Below, piece by piece: positions 10,470-21,226 of a DNA stretch of 64,000 nucleotides. Where the stretch lies: contig CAXXWS020000002.1 in assembly GCA_963665325.3 (NCBI GenBank), positions 736,001 through 800,000 of the forward strand, read 5' to 3'. Positions within the stretch are counted from its first letter, which is position 1; every line of letters begins with the position of its first letter. Both the position numbers and the translations under genes were made by a program. The DNA is from Alphaproteobacteria bacterium. GTDB taxonomy: Bacteria > Pseudomonadota > Alphaproteobacteria > Bin95. The notes under the pieces were generated by a model, which was not told the origin of the DNA, ran no database searches, and saw only the letters and a program-made list of their open reading frames with translations.

Positions 10470-10653
10470 TTGGCGGGCCGGGAGCGCATGTATCTCCCGT
10501 AAATCGTCTTCCGGGCCCGCGACGCAACGTATTTGCGCGGCATCGAACCCGGAAACCTGCAACTCCACCCGTTCCGGCCGCTCCCGCGGCCGGCATATGC
10601 GCCCGAAACCAGCCGTCCCGACAAGCGGGTCGCGCCGGGCGGCAAGGAACAAT

Positions 10654-11889
10654 GTGACCGAGAAACCCTTTTCCGAATTCGGCCTGGCTGAGACCCTGCA
10701 ACGCGCGCTCGCCGCGCGCAAACACACGATACCGACGCCGATCCAGGCGCAGGCCATCCCGGAGGTCCTGGCCGGGCGGGACCTCATCGCCATCGCCCAG
10801 ACCGGCACCGGCAAGACGGCGGCCTTCGCGCTGCCGATCCTGCACCGGCTCGCCGGCGCAAAAAACAGCGTTCGCGCCCGCGCGCCGCGTGCCCTCGTCT
10901 TGGCACCGACGCGGGAGCTGGCGATCCAGATCGCCGACGAGTTCCGCGCCTATGGCGCCCGGCTTCAGCTGCGGCTTGCGGTCATCTACGGCGGTGTCGG
11001 CCAGCGGCCCCAGGTCGATGCGCTGGCGCGCGGCACCGACATCCTCGTCGCCACGCCCGGACGCCTGCTGGACCTGATGGGACAGCGCCGCGTCAGCCTC
11101 GACCGGATCGAGCATCTCGTTCTCGACGAGGCGGACCGCATGCTCGACATGGGCTTCATCCGCGACGTGCGCCGCATTCTGGCGGCCCTGCCGACGGCGC
11201 GGCAGTCATTGCTGTTCTCCGCCACCATGCCCCGCGATGTGGCGCGTCTGGCGAGCGACTTCCTTCGCGATCCCGTCCGGGTAGCGGTGACGCCGCAGGC
11301 GACGCCGGTGGAGCGGATCCGGCAAAGCGTCTTCCACGTCCCGGCCGGGGACAAGCAGCGCCTGCTGGCCGAGATTCTGGACGACCCCGCGCTCTCGCGG
11401 GTGCTGGTCTTCGCCCGCACCAAGCATCGCGCCAACCGGGTGGCGACCCAGCTGGAGAAGGGTGGCGTCGCCGCCGATGCGATACACGGCAACAAGTCCC
11501 AGGGCGCGCGGCAGCGGGCCCTCGAGCGTTTCCGGCGGGGCGAGGCCCGCGTCCTGGTCGCGACCGACATTGCGGCGCGCGGCATCGATATCGAGGATAT
11601 CAGCCACGTCATCAACTTCGAGTTACCGAACGTGCCGGAAAGCTATGTCCACCGCATCGGCCGCACGGCACGGGCCGGCGCCGACGGCATTGCCTATTCG
11701 TTCTGCGACGCGGCCGAGCGCGACTCGCTCGGCCAGATCGAACGCCTGATCCGGCAAAGGCTGACCGTGGTCGGCGACGACCCCGCCCCGGCATCGGGCG
11801 ACCGCCCCGCGCAAGGCCGGCCGCGGCGCAAGGGCGCCGGAGCCGGCCGAAAGCGCGGAACTCCCCGCTTCGCCGAGGCGCGGCCCTGA
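10654..11889 (+). CDS. rhlE: DEAD-box RNA helicase (RhlE-like)
   Basis: Q motif, [41 protein letters not shown]; GTG 10654 after AAGGA. Confidence 0.9.
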   Translation: MTEKPFSEFGLAETLQRALAARKHTIPTPIQAQAIPEVLAGRDLIAIAQTGTGKTAAFALPILHRLAGAKNSVRARAPRALVLAPTRELAIQIADEFRAYGARLQLRLAVIYGGVGQRPQVDALARGTDILVATPGRLLDLMGQRRVSLDRIEHLVLDEADRMLDMGFIRDVRRILAALPTARQSLLFSATMPRDVARLASDFLRDPVRVAVTPQATPVERIRQSVFHVPAGDKQRLLAEILDDPALSRVLVFARTKHRANRVATQLEKGGVAADAIHGNKSQGARQRALERFRRGEARVLVATDIAARGIDIEDISHVINFELPNVPESYVHRIGRTARAGADGIAYSFCDAAERDSLGQIERLIRQRLTVVGDDPAPASGDRPAQGRPRRKGAGAGRKRGTPRFAEARP

Positions 11890-11911
11890 ACGCGGGCGCC
11901 GGGACCTTACC

Positions 11912-13792
11912 TCAGCCCATTTCGCCGCCGTCGTCGCGGGTGACGGCGATCACGGTGGAGCGCGGCGTGGTGTCGCCGCCGCCCGGGAAGTGGCCGCCGC
12001 CCTTGTTGCCCGGATGCTGGAGGCCGACGAACATGGTCTTCCGATCCATGGACCAGCAAAGCCCGGTCACCTCGCACTCCTTCGGACCGACCAGGAAGCG
12101 GTGGATTTCGCCGCTGTCGGGGTCGGCATAGAGCATCTGGTTGTTGCCCTGGCCGGCGAAGTCGCCCTCGTTCTTGAAATTGCCGTCGGTCTGGATCCAG
12201 AGGCCGCCCTTGCTGTCGAACACGAGCCCGTCCGGCGAGTTGAACATATTGTCGGGGGTCACATTGGCGGAGCCGGCGCGGTCGTCGTCATGCACCGCCG
12301 GGTTGCCGGCCACCACGAACAGGTCCCACTCGAAACCGGCGGCCGTGTGGTCGCCGCCCGCCGGCCGCCAGCGCACGATCTGGCCGTATATGTTGCCTTT
12401 GCGCGGGTTGGGGCCGCCCACCGGCGTCGGGTCGCCGCCCTTGTTCGGCTTCTTGCCGCGGTTCTTGTTGTTGGTGAGGCAGCAATAGACCTCGGCGCGC
12501 TTCGGATGCGCTGCGACCCATTCGGGCCGGTCCATGGTAGTCGCGCCCACTGCCGATCCGGCCATGCGCGTGAACACGGCAATGTCGGCTATCGAGGCCA
12601 TGCCGGTCGCCTCCGGCGTCAGCGCCATCCACTCGCCGCTGCCGTCCTCGGCGAAGCCCGCCACCGAAAGCGAACCCGACTCCAGCAGGCCGGAATTGTC
12701 CCCGCCTTCGGCATAGCGGCCTGCGGAGATGAAGCGGTAGAGGAACTCGCCGCGCTCGTCGTCGCCCATATAGACGACGACATGGCCGTTGGCCGCGATG
12801 ACGACCTCGGCGTTCTCATGCTTGAAGCGGCCGAGCGCGGTGCGCTTCTTCGGCACCGAATCCGGGTCGAGCGGATCGATCTCGACGACATAGCCCGCCC
12901 GGTTCGGCTCGTTCGGGTGCTTCGAGATGTCGAAGCGCTCGTCCGCGGTGGCCCAGGCATAGCCCCAGTCCTTCAGGCCGACGCCGTAGCGCTTCATCGC
13001 ATCCGACACCCCATAGTCGGGGTCGGACGACGAGAAATAGCCGTTGAAGTTCTCTTCGCAGGCGAGATAGGTGCCCCAGGGCGTCCTGCCGTTGCCGCAA
13101 TTGTTCCAGGTGCCGAGCGACGTCTCGCCTGCCGGGTCGGCGGCCGTCTTCAGCATGTCGTGGCCGCGCGCAGGCCCCGTGATCTCCATCGGAGCGTCGG
13201 CGGTGATGCGCCGGTTGAAGGGCGAATCCAGCACCGGCCGCCAGGCGCCGTCCGTCATCTCGACCTCGAAGACGCTGACGCCGTGGCCGGCCTTGCCCTT
13301 GCGCACGTCGTCGGCGTTCTCGGGCAGGCCGGAAGCGCGGTTGCCGTAGATGACGGACCGGTTCACGAATTCGTTGTTGACGGCAAGCACGGTCCTGCCG
13401 TCGACGAAGAAGGTGGCCATGCCGTCGGTATTGTCGCCGAAGCTGCGCTCCTGGCTGGCGCCGGTGCCGCGCGTCGCGTGGTCGAACGGCGCGCCGTCGG
13501 ACCAGAGCGGGTCGCCCCAGGCGATGACGTTCTGCCACGAGAAGCCCGGCGGCACGGTCACCGTATCCAGGCTGTTGGCGGCCACGGGCTCGAAGCTGAG
13601 AGCGCCCATGCCGCCCGCATGCGCGGGCCGCAACGCGCCTAGGCCGAAAAAGGCGCCGGCTGCGCCGAGGGCCGCCGTGCCGCCAAGAAAGCGGCGTCGC
13701 GACACCACATGCTCGAAGCCGGTCGGCTCGGCGCGCGGGTCGTTCAGTTCGTCGAATTCGTCAAATGAGAGTTCGCTGGCGTGGTCGGGCAT
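11912..13792 (-). CDS. phoX: PhoX family alkaline phosphatase, Tat-exported
   Basis: SRRRFL Tat motif, GDNTDGM, NNCGNGRTPWGTYLACEEN, GRFKHEN, DRPEW, SPDGL, LQHPG. Confidence 0.92.
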   Translation of the reverse strand: MPDHASELSFDEFDELNDPRAEPTGFEHVVSRRRFLGGTAALGAAGAFFGLGALRPAHAGGMGALSFEPVAANSLDTVTVPPGFSWQNVIAWGDPLWSDGAPFDHATRGTGASQERSFGDNTDGMATFFVDGRTVLAVNNEFVNRSVIYGNRASGLPENADDVRKGKAGHGVSVFEVEMTDGAWRPVLDSPFNRRITADAPMEITGPARGHDMLKTAADPAGETSLGTWNNCGNGRTPWGTYLACEENFNGYFSSSDPDYGVSDAMKRYGVGLKDWGYAWATADERFDISKHPNEPNRAGYVVEIDPLDPDSVPKKRTALGRFKHENAEVVIAANGHVVVYMGDDERGEFLYRFISAGRYAEGGDNSGLLESGSLSVAGFAEDGSGEWMALTPEATGMASIADIAVFTRMAGSAVGATTMDRPEWVAAHPKRAEVYCCLTNNKNRGKKPNKGGDPTPVGGPNPRKGNIYGQIVRWRPAGGDHTAAGFEWDLFVVAGNPAVHDDDRAGSANVTPDNMFNSPDGLVFDSKGGLWIQTDGNFKNEGDFAGQGNNQMLYADPDSGEIHRFLVGPKECEVTGLCWSMDRKTMFVGLQHPGNKGGGHFPGGGDTTPRSTVIAVTRDDGGEMG

Positions 13793-13843
13793 GACGCTCC
13801 TCCGTTTTCTTCAACTATGGTCCGATACAAATACAGAAAGCCG

Positions 13844-13872
13844 ATGACTGTCTGTTATCGCTTCGATGACAA
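13844..13872 (-). promoter_or_regulatory. Putative Pho box upstream of phoX
   Basis: Minus strand TTGTCAT-N15-CAGTCAT: two near-consensus CTGTCAT units 22 bp apart with a degenerate middle unit. Confidence 0.55.
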
Positions 13873-15015
13873 CTCCGTTGCACCGACGATCCGCCGCACC
13901 GTCTCGGCCGCGCGGAGGCTGGGCCGCCCGACTCCGCCGAGCTTGGCGGCCAACTCCCGGTAAGCGGACAATTGCGCTGCACGCGCGCTTTCGTCGAACA
14001 AAAGTGGCCTGAGCGCTTGCGCGAGCGGCCCCGGCCGGCAGTCTCCCTGGATCAGTTCCGGCACGACGGGACGGTCGAGCACTATGTTCACCGGGCAGAA
14101 CCGGCGCGTGCGGACCACGACCCGGCCGATCAGCGCCGTCGCCGAATTGAGCCGATAGGCGGTGACCTGCGGCACGCCGGCAAGCGCCAGTTCGAGCGCG
14201 ACCGTGCCGGATGCCCCGAGCGCCGCCCGGCTGGCGGCAAAGGCATCCTGTTTCTCCGTCTCGCCGAGCGTCACCGTGACCGGCCAGGGCCAGCCGGCCA
14301 CCGTCTCCCGCACGCGCTCTGCCACAGTGCCGACGGTCGGCATAGCCAGATGCAGACCGGGCGTCTTGGCTGCCAGGCGCGCCAGCGTTTCCCGGAACAC
14401 CGGCAACAGCCGGCGCACCTCGCCCGACCGGCTGCCGGGCAACACCGCCAGGAGGGTGCTCTCGGGCGCGATCCCGTGCCGAGCCCGGAAGGCATCTCCA
14501 TTGCCCGGCGCCGCTTCGATCAGCGAATGGCCGACGAATGTGCTTGCCAGCCCCTCGCGCTCGAACAGCGCTGGCTCGAACGGCCAGAGGGTCATCAGGT
14601 GGTCGAAGAGCCCGCCCATGCGCCGCGCGCGGCCGGGCGCCCAGACCCAGACCATCGGCGCAACATAGTGGATGCGTGCGGCAGGGCAGCCGGCGCGGAT
14701 CAGCCGCCTCGCAACACCCTTGTTGAAACCGCCTGAGTCGATGGTCACGACCGCATCCGGCCGGAAACGCAGAATGTCGGCGACCGTCTCGTCCATCCGG
14801 CGCAACAGCCTCCGGGCGCGGGGCAGCACCTCGAACAGCCCCATCACGGCCGTTTCGGCCTGCGGGAACAGGCTGGCGACGCCCTCGCCGGCCATGTGCT
14901 CGCCGCCGACGCCGGCCGCCTCCACCGGTCCGCCTTCTCGCAATGCGCCGAGCAGCCGGGCACCGAGCGCGTCGCCGGAGGGCTCGCCGGCAATGATGTA
15001 GATCCGCAGTGTCAT
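13855..15015 (-). CDS. lpxB: Lipid-A-disaccharide synthase
   Basis: IAGEPSGD, VMGLFEVL, TIDSGGF, HYVAPMVWVW, LPGSRSGE, SGTVALE, PELIQ. Confidence 0.92.
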   Translation of the reverse strand: MTLRIYIIAGEPSGDALGARLLGALREGGPVEAAGVGGEHMAGEGVASLFPQAETAVMGLFEVLPRARRLLRRMDETVADILRFRPDAVVTIDSGGFNKGVARRLIRAGCPAARIHYVAPMVWVWAPGRARRMGGLFDHLMTLWPFEPALFEREGLASTFVGHSLIEAAPGNGDAFRARHGIAPESTLLAVLPGSRSGEVRRLLPVFRETLARLAAKTPGLHLAMPTVGTVAERVRETVAGWPWPVTVTLGETEKQDAFAASRAALGASGTVALELALAGVPQVTAYRLNSATALIGRVVVRTRRFCPVNIVLDRPVVPELIQGDCRPGPLAQALRPLLFDESARAAQLSAYRELAAKLGGVGRPSLRAAETVRRIVGATELSSKR

Positions 15016-15111
15016 CGCTATCGACAGCCGCATCCGCCCGGCAGGCTGGACGGAATGGTGGGGTCGTGCCCTAATGCGGCGTTGGCGGCACCGGGGTGGG
15101 GCATGTCGGGT

Positions 15112-16101
15112 ATGGCTCGCATGGTCGGGCAGCGGCTGGCGCTAGGCGTCTTCACGCTTCTCGTCGTCAGCATCGTCATTTTTGCAGCCATCGAATCGCT
15201 GCCGGGAGACTTCGCTCAGGCCATCCTGGGCCAGGGCGCGACTCCCGAAGCTGTCGCCGCCATCCGCGAAAGCCTCGGCATGGACCGCTCAGCGGTCGAA
15301 CGCTACTTAGCATGGCTCGGCGGCGTGTTCAGCGGCGATTTCGGCGTCAGCTTCAACCAGTTGAGCTTCCAGTCCCAATACGGGCAGACCGGCGAACGCG
15401 ACGTGGTGACGGTCGCCGACCAGCTCGCGCCACGCTTCGCGAACACGATTTTCCTTGCCGCCACGGCCGCGGCCGTGGCCGTGCCGCTGTCGCTCGCGCT
15501 CGGCATACTGGCGGCGCTCTACCGGGGTTCGATCTTCGACCGGGCGGCGAATGTCGGCACGCTTACATCCATCTCCAGCCCGGAATTCTTCGTCGCCTAT
15601 ATCCTGATCCTCTTCCTGGCGGCGGCCAATCCGATCTTCCCCTCGATCTCGAAGATCCACGCCGATCTTGACTTCTGGGAACGGCTCTACCGCACCGTGC
15701 TGCCGGCGCTCACGCTCACGCTTGTCGTCACCGCCCACATGATGCGCATGACGCGCGTTGCGATCATCAACCTTCTAGCCTCGCAATATATCGAGATGGC
15801 GCGCCTGAAGGGAGTCCCGCGCTTGCGGGTGATCGTGCGCCATGCGCTGCCCAATGCGCTGGCGCCGATCATCAATGTCATCGCGCTCAACCTCGCCTAT
15901 CTGGTTACCGGCGTGGTGGTGGTGGAGGTTGTGTTCGTCTATCCGGGCATCGGGCAGATGTTCGTGGATGCAGTGAAGCTGCGCGACATGCCGACCGTGC
16001 AGGCCTGCTGCCTGGTCTTCGCCGCCGCCTATATTCTGCTCAACCTACTGGCGGACGTGCTGTCGGTACTGACCAATCCGCGCCTCAGGCACCCTAAATA
16101 G
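15112..16101 (+). CDS. Peptide/nickel-type ABC transporter permease (DppB-like)
   Basis: LPGDFA..ILG, EAA-like YIEMARLKG, HALPNAL, VEVVFVYPGIG; start 15103 or 15112. Confidence 0.9.
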   Translation: MARMVGQRLALGVFTLLVVSIVIFAAIESLPGDFAQAILGQGATPEAVAAIRESLGMDRSAVERYLAWLGGVFSGDFGVSFNQLSFQSQYGQTGERDVVTVADQLAPRFANTIFLAATAAAVAVPLSLALGILAALYRGSIFDRAANVGTLTSISSPEFFVAYILILFLAAANPIFPSISKIHADLDFWERLYRTVLPALTLTLVVTAHMMRMTRVAIINLLASQYIEMARLKGVPRLRVIVRHALPNALAPIINVIALNLAYLVTGVVVVEVVFVYPGIGQMFVDAVKLRDMPTVQACCLVFAAAYILLNLLADVLSVLTNPRLRHPK

Positions 16102-16110
16102 GCGGGTGCG

Positions 16111-17049
16111 ATGGGGTTCCTCACCTATGTCGTCCTGCCTCTGGCGGTCCTGACCGGGTTGGCCTGGACGGGCCGCGCCGGCTTCCGCGGCATCGCTGGC
16201 CCCTTCGGCGCCGTCTTCCGCGCCATGCCGCTGACCGCGGCTTTCGGGCTCACCGTCGTCCTGCTGTACGTTCTGGCGGCGCTGGCCGCGCCCGTGATTG
16301 CGCCCTATGGCGAGTCCCAGATCTTCGACGAGTTCAACCTCTTCCCCGGCGAGAACCCGGATTTCGTGCTTGGCACCGACCAGCTGGGCCGCGACCTGCT
16401 CACGCGCCTGCTTTACGGCGGGCGCAACACCATAGGCATCGCGTTCGTGACGACCGCGCTCGCCTTCCTCATAGGCGCGACCCTGGGCTTTGTCGCGGCG
16501 GTGCTTGGCGGCTGGCTGGACCAGGTCCTGTCGCGCACGGTCGATGTGCTGATGGCGATCCCGCAGCTCATTTTCGCGCTGCTGCTGCTCACCATCTTCG
16601 GGCAGTCCACGATCAACATGATCCTGGTGATCGCCGTGCTGGACTCGACGCGCGTGTTCCGCCTCTCCCGCGCGGTCGGCGGCAATATCGTGGTGATGGA
16701 CTATATCGAGGCCGCGAAGCTGCGCGGCGAAGGGATCGGCTACCTGATCTTCAAGGAAATCCTGCCGAACGCCGCGGCCCCCCTGCTGGCAGAGTTCGGG
16801 CTGCGCTTCTGCTTCGTGTTCCTGCTGATTGCGGCGCTGAGTTTCCTCGGCATCGGCATCCAGCCGCCACTGGCGGACTGGGGCACGATGGTACGCGAGC
16901 TTTCCATCTATATCGGCTATGCGGAATACGGCGACTGGCAGGCGGCTTCCCTGCCGCTGCTGCCGGCGGCGGCTATCGCGCTGCTCACGGTCGCGATCAA
17001 CTTCACCGTGGACTGGATGCTCGACCGCTATTCGGGCCTGAAGGACTGA
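16111..17049 (+). CDS. Peptide/nickel-type ABC transporter permease (DppC-like)
   Basis: LGTDQLGRD, YIEAAKLRGE, EILPN, LSFLGIGIQPP..DWG. Confidence 0.9.
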   Translation: MGFLTYVVLPLAVLTGLAWTGRAGFRGIAGPFGAVFRAMPLTAAFGLTVVLLYVLAALAAPVIAPYGESQIFDEFNLFPGENPDFVLGTDQLGRDLLTRLLYGGRNTIGIAFVTTALAFLIGATLGFVAAVLGGWLDQVLSRTVDVLMAIPQLIFALLLLTIFGQSTINMILVIAVLDSTRVFRLSRAVGGNIVVMDYIEAAKLRGEGIGYLIFKEILPNAAAPLLAEFGLRFCFVFLLIAALSFLGIGIQPPLADWGTMVRELSIYIGYAEYGDWQAASLPLLPAAAIALLTVAINFTVDWMLDRYSGLKD

Positions 17050-17068
17050 GACCGAGGAGACTGGTTCG

Positions 17069-18727
17069 ATGGGCAGCGTCAGCCCCCTGGTGACGATCCG
17101 GGGCCTCAAGATCGAAGGACTGGCGGGAGAGGACTGGCTGCCGATCGTGAACGGCATCGACCTCGATCTTGCCCGCGGCGAGGTGCTCGGCCTCATCGGC
17201 GAGTCGGGCGCCGGAAAATCCACGGTCGGCCTCGCCGCCATGGGCTTCACGCGCGACGGCTGCCACATTGCCGGCGGGTCGATCGAGTTCGACGGCATCG
17301 ACCTGGTGGCGGCGTCCGAGGAAACCAGGCGCGGCCTGCTCGGCCGGCGCATTGCCTATGTCGCGCAATCGGCGGCGGCGAGCTTCAACCCCGCGCACCG
17401 GCTCATCGACCAGCACACCGAGGGGCCGGTGCTCCACGGCGTCTCCTCCCAGCAGGAGAGCCAGGAAGACGCGATGGCTCTCTATGCCCGGCTCCGGCTG
17501 CCGGAGCCGGACAGCATCGGCTTCCGCTATCCGCACCAGGTCTCCGGCGGGCAGTTGCAGCGCGCCATGACCGCGATGGCGATGTCCTGCCGCCCGGACC
17601 TCATCATTTTCGACGAGCCGACCACGGCGCTCGATGTCACCACGCAGATCGAGGTGCTGGCCGCCATCCGCGATATCGTCGAGCAGTTCGGCACGGCCGC
17701 TATCTACATCACCCACGACCTCGCCGTGGTGGCGCAGATGGCGGACCGGATCAAGGTGCTGCTCAAGGGCGACGAGGTGGAGGAGAACGAGACCCGCTCC
17801 ATGCTGTCGGACCCGCAGGAGGACTACACGAAGTCACTCTGGGCGGTCAGGAGCTTCCGGCGGCCGGAGCAGCCGCCGGTGGCAGGAGACGCGCAGCCCG
17901 TCATCGCCGTGTCCGGAGTGACCGCGGGCTACGGCTCGGCCGGCGACGTGCTGCACGAGGTGTCCTTCGACATCCATGTCGGGCGGACGGTAGCGGTGGT
18001 CGGCGAGTCCGGCTCCGGCAAATCCACCGTCGCGCGCTGCATTACCGGCCTGCTGCCGCCGCGCCGCGGGGAGGTGCGGTTCAACGGCGAGGCCCTGCCC
18101 GCCGGCTACCGGGGCCGCAACAAGGACCAGCTGCGCCAAGTCCAGATGATCTACCAGATGGCCGACACGGCATTGAATCCGAAGCTCCGCATACGGGACA
18201 TCATCGGGCGCCCGGTCCGGTTCTACCGGGGGCTCCGGGGGGCCGAACTGCGCCGGCGGGTGGAGGAGTTGCTGGAGCAGATCGAGATGGAGCCCGACCT
18301 CTATATCGACCGCCTGCCGTCGGAACTCTCCGGCGGGCAGAAGCAGCGCGTCGGTATAGCGCGGGCGCTTGCCGCGGATGCGCAATTCATCATCTGCGAC
18401 GAGGTGACATCCGCGCTCGACCAGCTTGTCGCGGAGGGCATCCTGAAACTGCTGGACCGGCTCCAGAACGAGCTGAACCTCGCCTACATGTTCATCACCC
18501 ACGACCTCGCTACAGTGCGCGCCATCGCCGACGAAGTGGTGGTGATGAAGGACGGCAGGGTCGTGGAGGCGGGGCCGAAGACGGAAATGTTCACCCCGCC
18601 GCACCACGATTACACCGACCTGCTGCTGAGCTCGGTGCCCGAGATGGACCCGGACTGGCTCGACCGGCTGTTGCAACAGCGCGGCGTGGACAATATCGGA
18701 GAGGCGGCGCGCGTCAGGCTCGACTAG
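17069..18727 (+). CDS. Fused double-domain ABC ATP-binding protein (DppD/F-like)
   Basis: GESGAGKS and GESGSGKS Walker A motifs, SGGQ signatures, DEPTTALD and DEVTSALD. Confidence 0.92.
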   Translation: MGSVSPLVTIRGLKIEGLAGEDWLPIVNGIDLDLARGEVLGLIGESGAGKSTVGLAAMGFTRDGCHIAGGSIEFDGIDLVAASEETRRGLLGRRIAYVAQSAAASFNPAHRLIDQHTEGPVLHGVSSQQESQEDAMALYARLRLPEPDSIGFRYPHQVSGGQLQRAMTAMAMSCRPDLIIFDEPTTALDVTTQIEVLAAIRDIVEQFGTAAIYITHDLAVVAQMADRIKVLLKGDEVEENETRSMLSDPQEDYTKSLWAVRSFRRPEQPPVAGDAQPVIAVSGVTAGYGSAGDVLHEVSFDIHVGRTVAVVGESGSGKSTVARCITGLLPPRRGEVRFNGEALPAGYRGRNKDQLRQVQMIYQMADTALNPKLRIRDIIGRPVRFYRGLRGAELRRRVEELLEQIEMEPDLYIDRLPSELSGGQKQRVGIARALAADAQFIICDEVTSALDQLVAEGILKLLDRLQNELNLAYMFITHDLATVRAIADEVVVMKDGRVVEAGPKTEMFTPPHHDYTDLLLSSVPEMDPDWLDRLLQQRGVDNIGEAARVRLD

Positions 18728-18784
18728 GATGCGTGGCAAGTTTTGACGAACGATGACCGGAACTACCTGAGGGAGGCTTTCCCC

Positions 18785-20329
18785 GTGAATCTCAAACTGG
18801 ACAGAAGAACGCTGCTCAAGGCAAGCGCCGCCACGGCACTTGCCGCAGGCGTGGGGCCGGGGCCGGCGTTAGCGGCCGGGCCCAGGGCCGGCGGCACCTT
18901 GCGGCTCGGCCTTTCGGGCGGCAACACCACCGACAGCTGGGACGGGCGCACTCATTCCGACGTGTTCATGCAGGTTGCGGCCCAGGGCGCCGTGTTCGAC
19001 TGCATCACCGAGGTTGCCGCCGATGGTTCGCTGGTCGGCGAACTGGCCGAGAGCTGGGAATCCTCGACCGACCTCGTGACCTGGACCTTCAACCTGCGCA
19101 AGGGCGTCGAGTTCCACAACGGCAAGAGCTTCGGCGCCGACGATGTGATCGAATCGCTGCAACTGCATGTGGCGGAAGGCGCGAAGTCGCCGGCCAAGCC
19201 ACTGGTCGAGCCCATCGTCGAGATGAAGAAGATGAACGACCACCAGGTGCAGTTCGTCCTCAACGCCGGCAATGCCGACTTCCCCTACCTGCTCGCCGAC
19301 TACCACATCCTGATCCACCCGGCCGGAATGGTGGACGAGAGCATCCGCGACGGCATCGGCACGGGCGCTTACCGCAATCTCGGCTTCGACCCGGGCGTGC
19401 GCCTGCAGCTCGAGCGCAACCCGAACGCCTACAAGAAAACCTGGTTCGACGAGGTCGAGGCCATCTCGATTACCGACCCGGCGGCGCGCGTCAGTGCGCT
19501 GATGACCGGCGAGGTGGACGCGATCAGCCGCATCGACGCCAAGTCGGTGCGCCTGTTGGACCGCAATCCCGGCGTGGAGGTATCGGAGGTAACCGGAAAC
19601 CAGCACTACACCTTCCCGATGATTACGACGGCGGCGCCCTTCGACAACAACGATGTGCGCCTCGCACTCAAATACCTCTTCGACCGGGAGGACCTGGTCC
19701 GCAAGATCCTGCTGGGGCATGGCAAGGTGGGCAACGACCACCCGATCGGTCCGGCCAACCGCTTCTACCATGCGGACCTGGAGCAGCGTGTTTACGACCC
19801 CGACCGGGCAAAGCACCTGCTCAAGAAGGCCGGGGTGGACAGCCTGCAGCTCGATCTCTCCGCCTCCGACGCGGCTTTCGCGGGTGCGGTGGACGCCTCG
19901 CAGCTCTTCCAGGAATCGGCGAAGGCCGCCGGCGTTTCCATCAATGTCATCAAGGAACCTGCGGACGGCTACTGGTCCAATGTGTGGATGAAGAAGCCGT
20001 TCTGCGCCTGCTTCTGGTCCGGTCGCGCGACCGAGGACATCATGTTCTCGACCGCCTATGCCGCCGGCAAGCCGTGGAACGACAGCTACTGGGAGCATGA
20101 GCGCTTCAACAAGCTGCTCGCCGAGGCCCGGACCGAAGTCGACGAGGCCAGGCGCCGGGAGCTCTATTACGAGATGCAGGTCATCGTCCGCGACGAGGGC
20201 GGCGTGGCCGTGCCGATGTATGCCAACTGGATCGACGCAAAGTCCAAGAAGCTGGCCCACGGCGAGCATGTGGGCAATGTCTGGGCGCTCGACTCAGCGC
20301 GCATCGCGGAGCGCTGGTGGTTCGCCTGA
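18785..20329 (+). CDS. ABC substrate-binding protein, family 5 (DppA/OppA-like), Tat signal
   Basis: DRRTLLK signal, LAESWE..TWTFNLRKGVEFHNG, GTGAY, WW C-terminus; GTG 18785 after GGAGG. Confidence 0.9.
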   Translation: MNLKLDRRTLLKASAATALAAGVGPGPALAAGPRAGGTLRLGLSGGNTTDSWDGRTHSDVFMQVAAQGAVFDCITEVAADGSLVGELAESWESSTDLVTWTFNLRKGVEFHNGKSFGADDVIESLQLHVAEGAKSPAKPLVEPIVEMKKMNDHQVQFVLNAGNADFPYLLADYHILIHPAGMVDESIRDGIGTGAYRNLGFDPGVRLQLERNPNAYKKTWFDEVEAISITDPAARVSALMTGEVDAISRIDAKSVRLLDRNPGVEVSEVTGNQHYTFPMITTAAPFDNNDVRLALKYLFDREDLVRKILLGHGKVGNDHPIGPANRFYHADLEQRVYDPDRAKHLLKKAGVDSLQLDLSASDAAFAGAVDASQLFQESAKAAGVSINVIKEPADGYWSNVWMKKPFCACFWSGRATEDIMFSTAYAAGKPWNDSYWEHERFNKLLAEARTEVDEARRRELYYEMQVIVRDEGGVAVPMYANWIDAKSKKLAHGEHVGNVWALDSARIAERWWFA

Positions 20330-20357
20330 CCGACAAGCCGGACAGCTGCTGACTACA

Positions 20358-20393
20358 GGGGCCGCTGCGCGCTGCGCGGCGGCCCTTCTCTTT
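20358..20393 (+). terminator. Rho-independent terminator of the ABC operon
   Basis: GGGCCGCTGCGC-gct-GCGCGGCGGCCC stem (one G-U pair) followed by TTCTCTTT. Confidence 0.65.
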
Positions 20394-21126
20394 ACCCGTA
20401 GCGTCGCGCAAGGCGGTCGAAAGTGGCGCCGACGATAGCGTCCTGGCGCAGGAAGCGGCGGGCCTCCAGCCCGTGGGCCGGTTCGATGCTGAGCACTGTG
20501 CCGGCGGACTCCGCATCGAGTTGCAGGCGCGCCGCCAGCTCGAAATTGTAGGCGAGGTAGGTCGCCTCCTCGACCGACTTGCCGACGGTCAGGAGCCCGT
20601 GATGCGCGAGCAGGATGGCGCTCTTGTCGCCGAGCGCCTCCGAGATGATCCGCCCTTCCTCATCGGCGACCGGGACACCGGGCCATTCGGGTAGCCAGGC
20701 GCAATCCTCGTACAGCATCATCGCGTCCATATGGCTGCACACCAGCGGCCGCCCGATCATCGACAGGGCCGAAGCGGCCGGCGGGTGGGTGTGTACGATG
20801 CAGTGCGCATCCGGCCGGACACGGTAGATCCATATATGGAAGCGCACGGCGGGATTGGCGATGCCCTCGCCCTCCACGGTCCGGATGTCCTCGTCGACCC
20901 GCAGCAGCGTTTCTTCCGACGCCTCCTCAAAGCCCTCACCCAGCGGCGGGGTCCACCATCCGCCCGGCTCAGCCCGGACCGTCAGCTGTCCCGCAAGGCT
21001 CGTGGCGTGCCCGTTCGCGGCCAGGATGCGAGCCGCCACAGCAAGCTTGGCTTTGTCCGAGCGAACTGCGCGCTTGAGACCGGCCTCAAGCGCATTGTCC
21101 ACTTCGGCGCGAACTTCATCAGGCAT
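20392..21126 (-). CDS. Class II aldolase/adducin family protein
   Basis: LAGQLTVR, NPAVRFH, IVHTHPP, LLAHHGLL, EEA; ATG at 21126. Confidence 0.85.
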   Translation of the reverse strand: MPDEVRAEVDNALEAGLKRAVRSDKAKLAVAARILAANGHATSLAGQLTVRAEPGGWWTPPLGEGFEEASEETLLRVDEDIRTVEGEGIANPAVRFHIWIYRVRPDAHCIVHTHPPAASALSMIGRPLVCSHMDAMMLYEDCAWLPEWPGVPVADEEGRIISEALGDKSAILLAHHGLLTVGKSVEEATYLAYNFELAARLQLDAESAGTVLSIEPAHGLEARRFLRQDAIVGATFDRLARRYG

Positions 21127-21226
21127 GGGTCGCCTCCCGTATTGCCCGGACCTTCGACTTGCAGACGCAGGCCAGTCTGCCATGCCGGCGGGATCCTGTA
21201 TCGGCCGGTTCCAAAAGAACCGCGCT

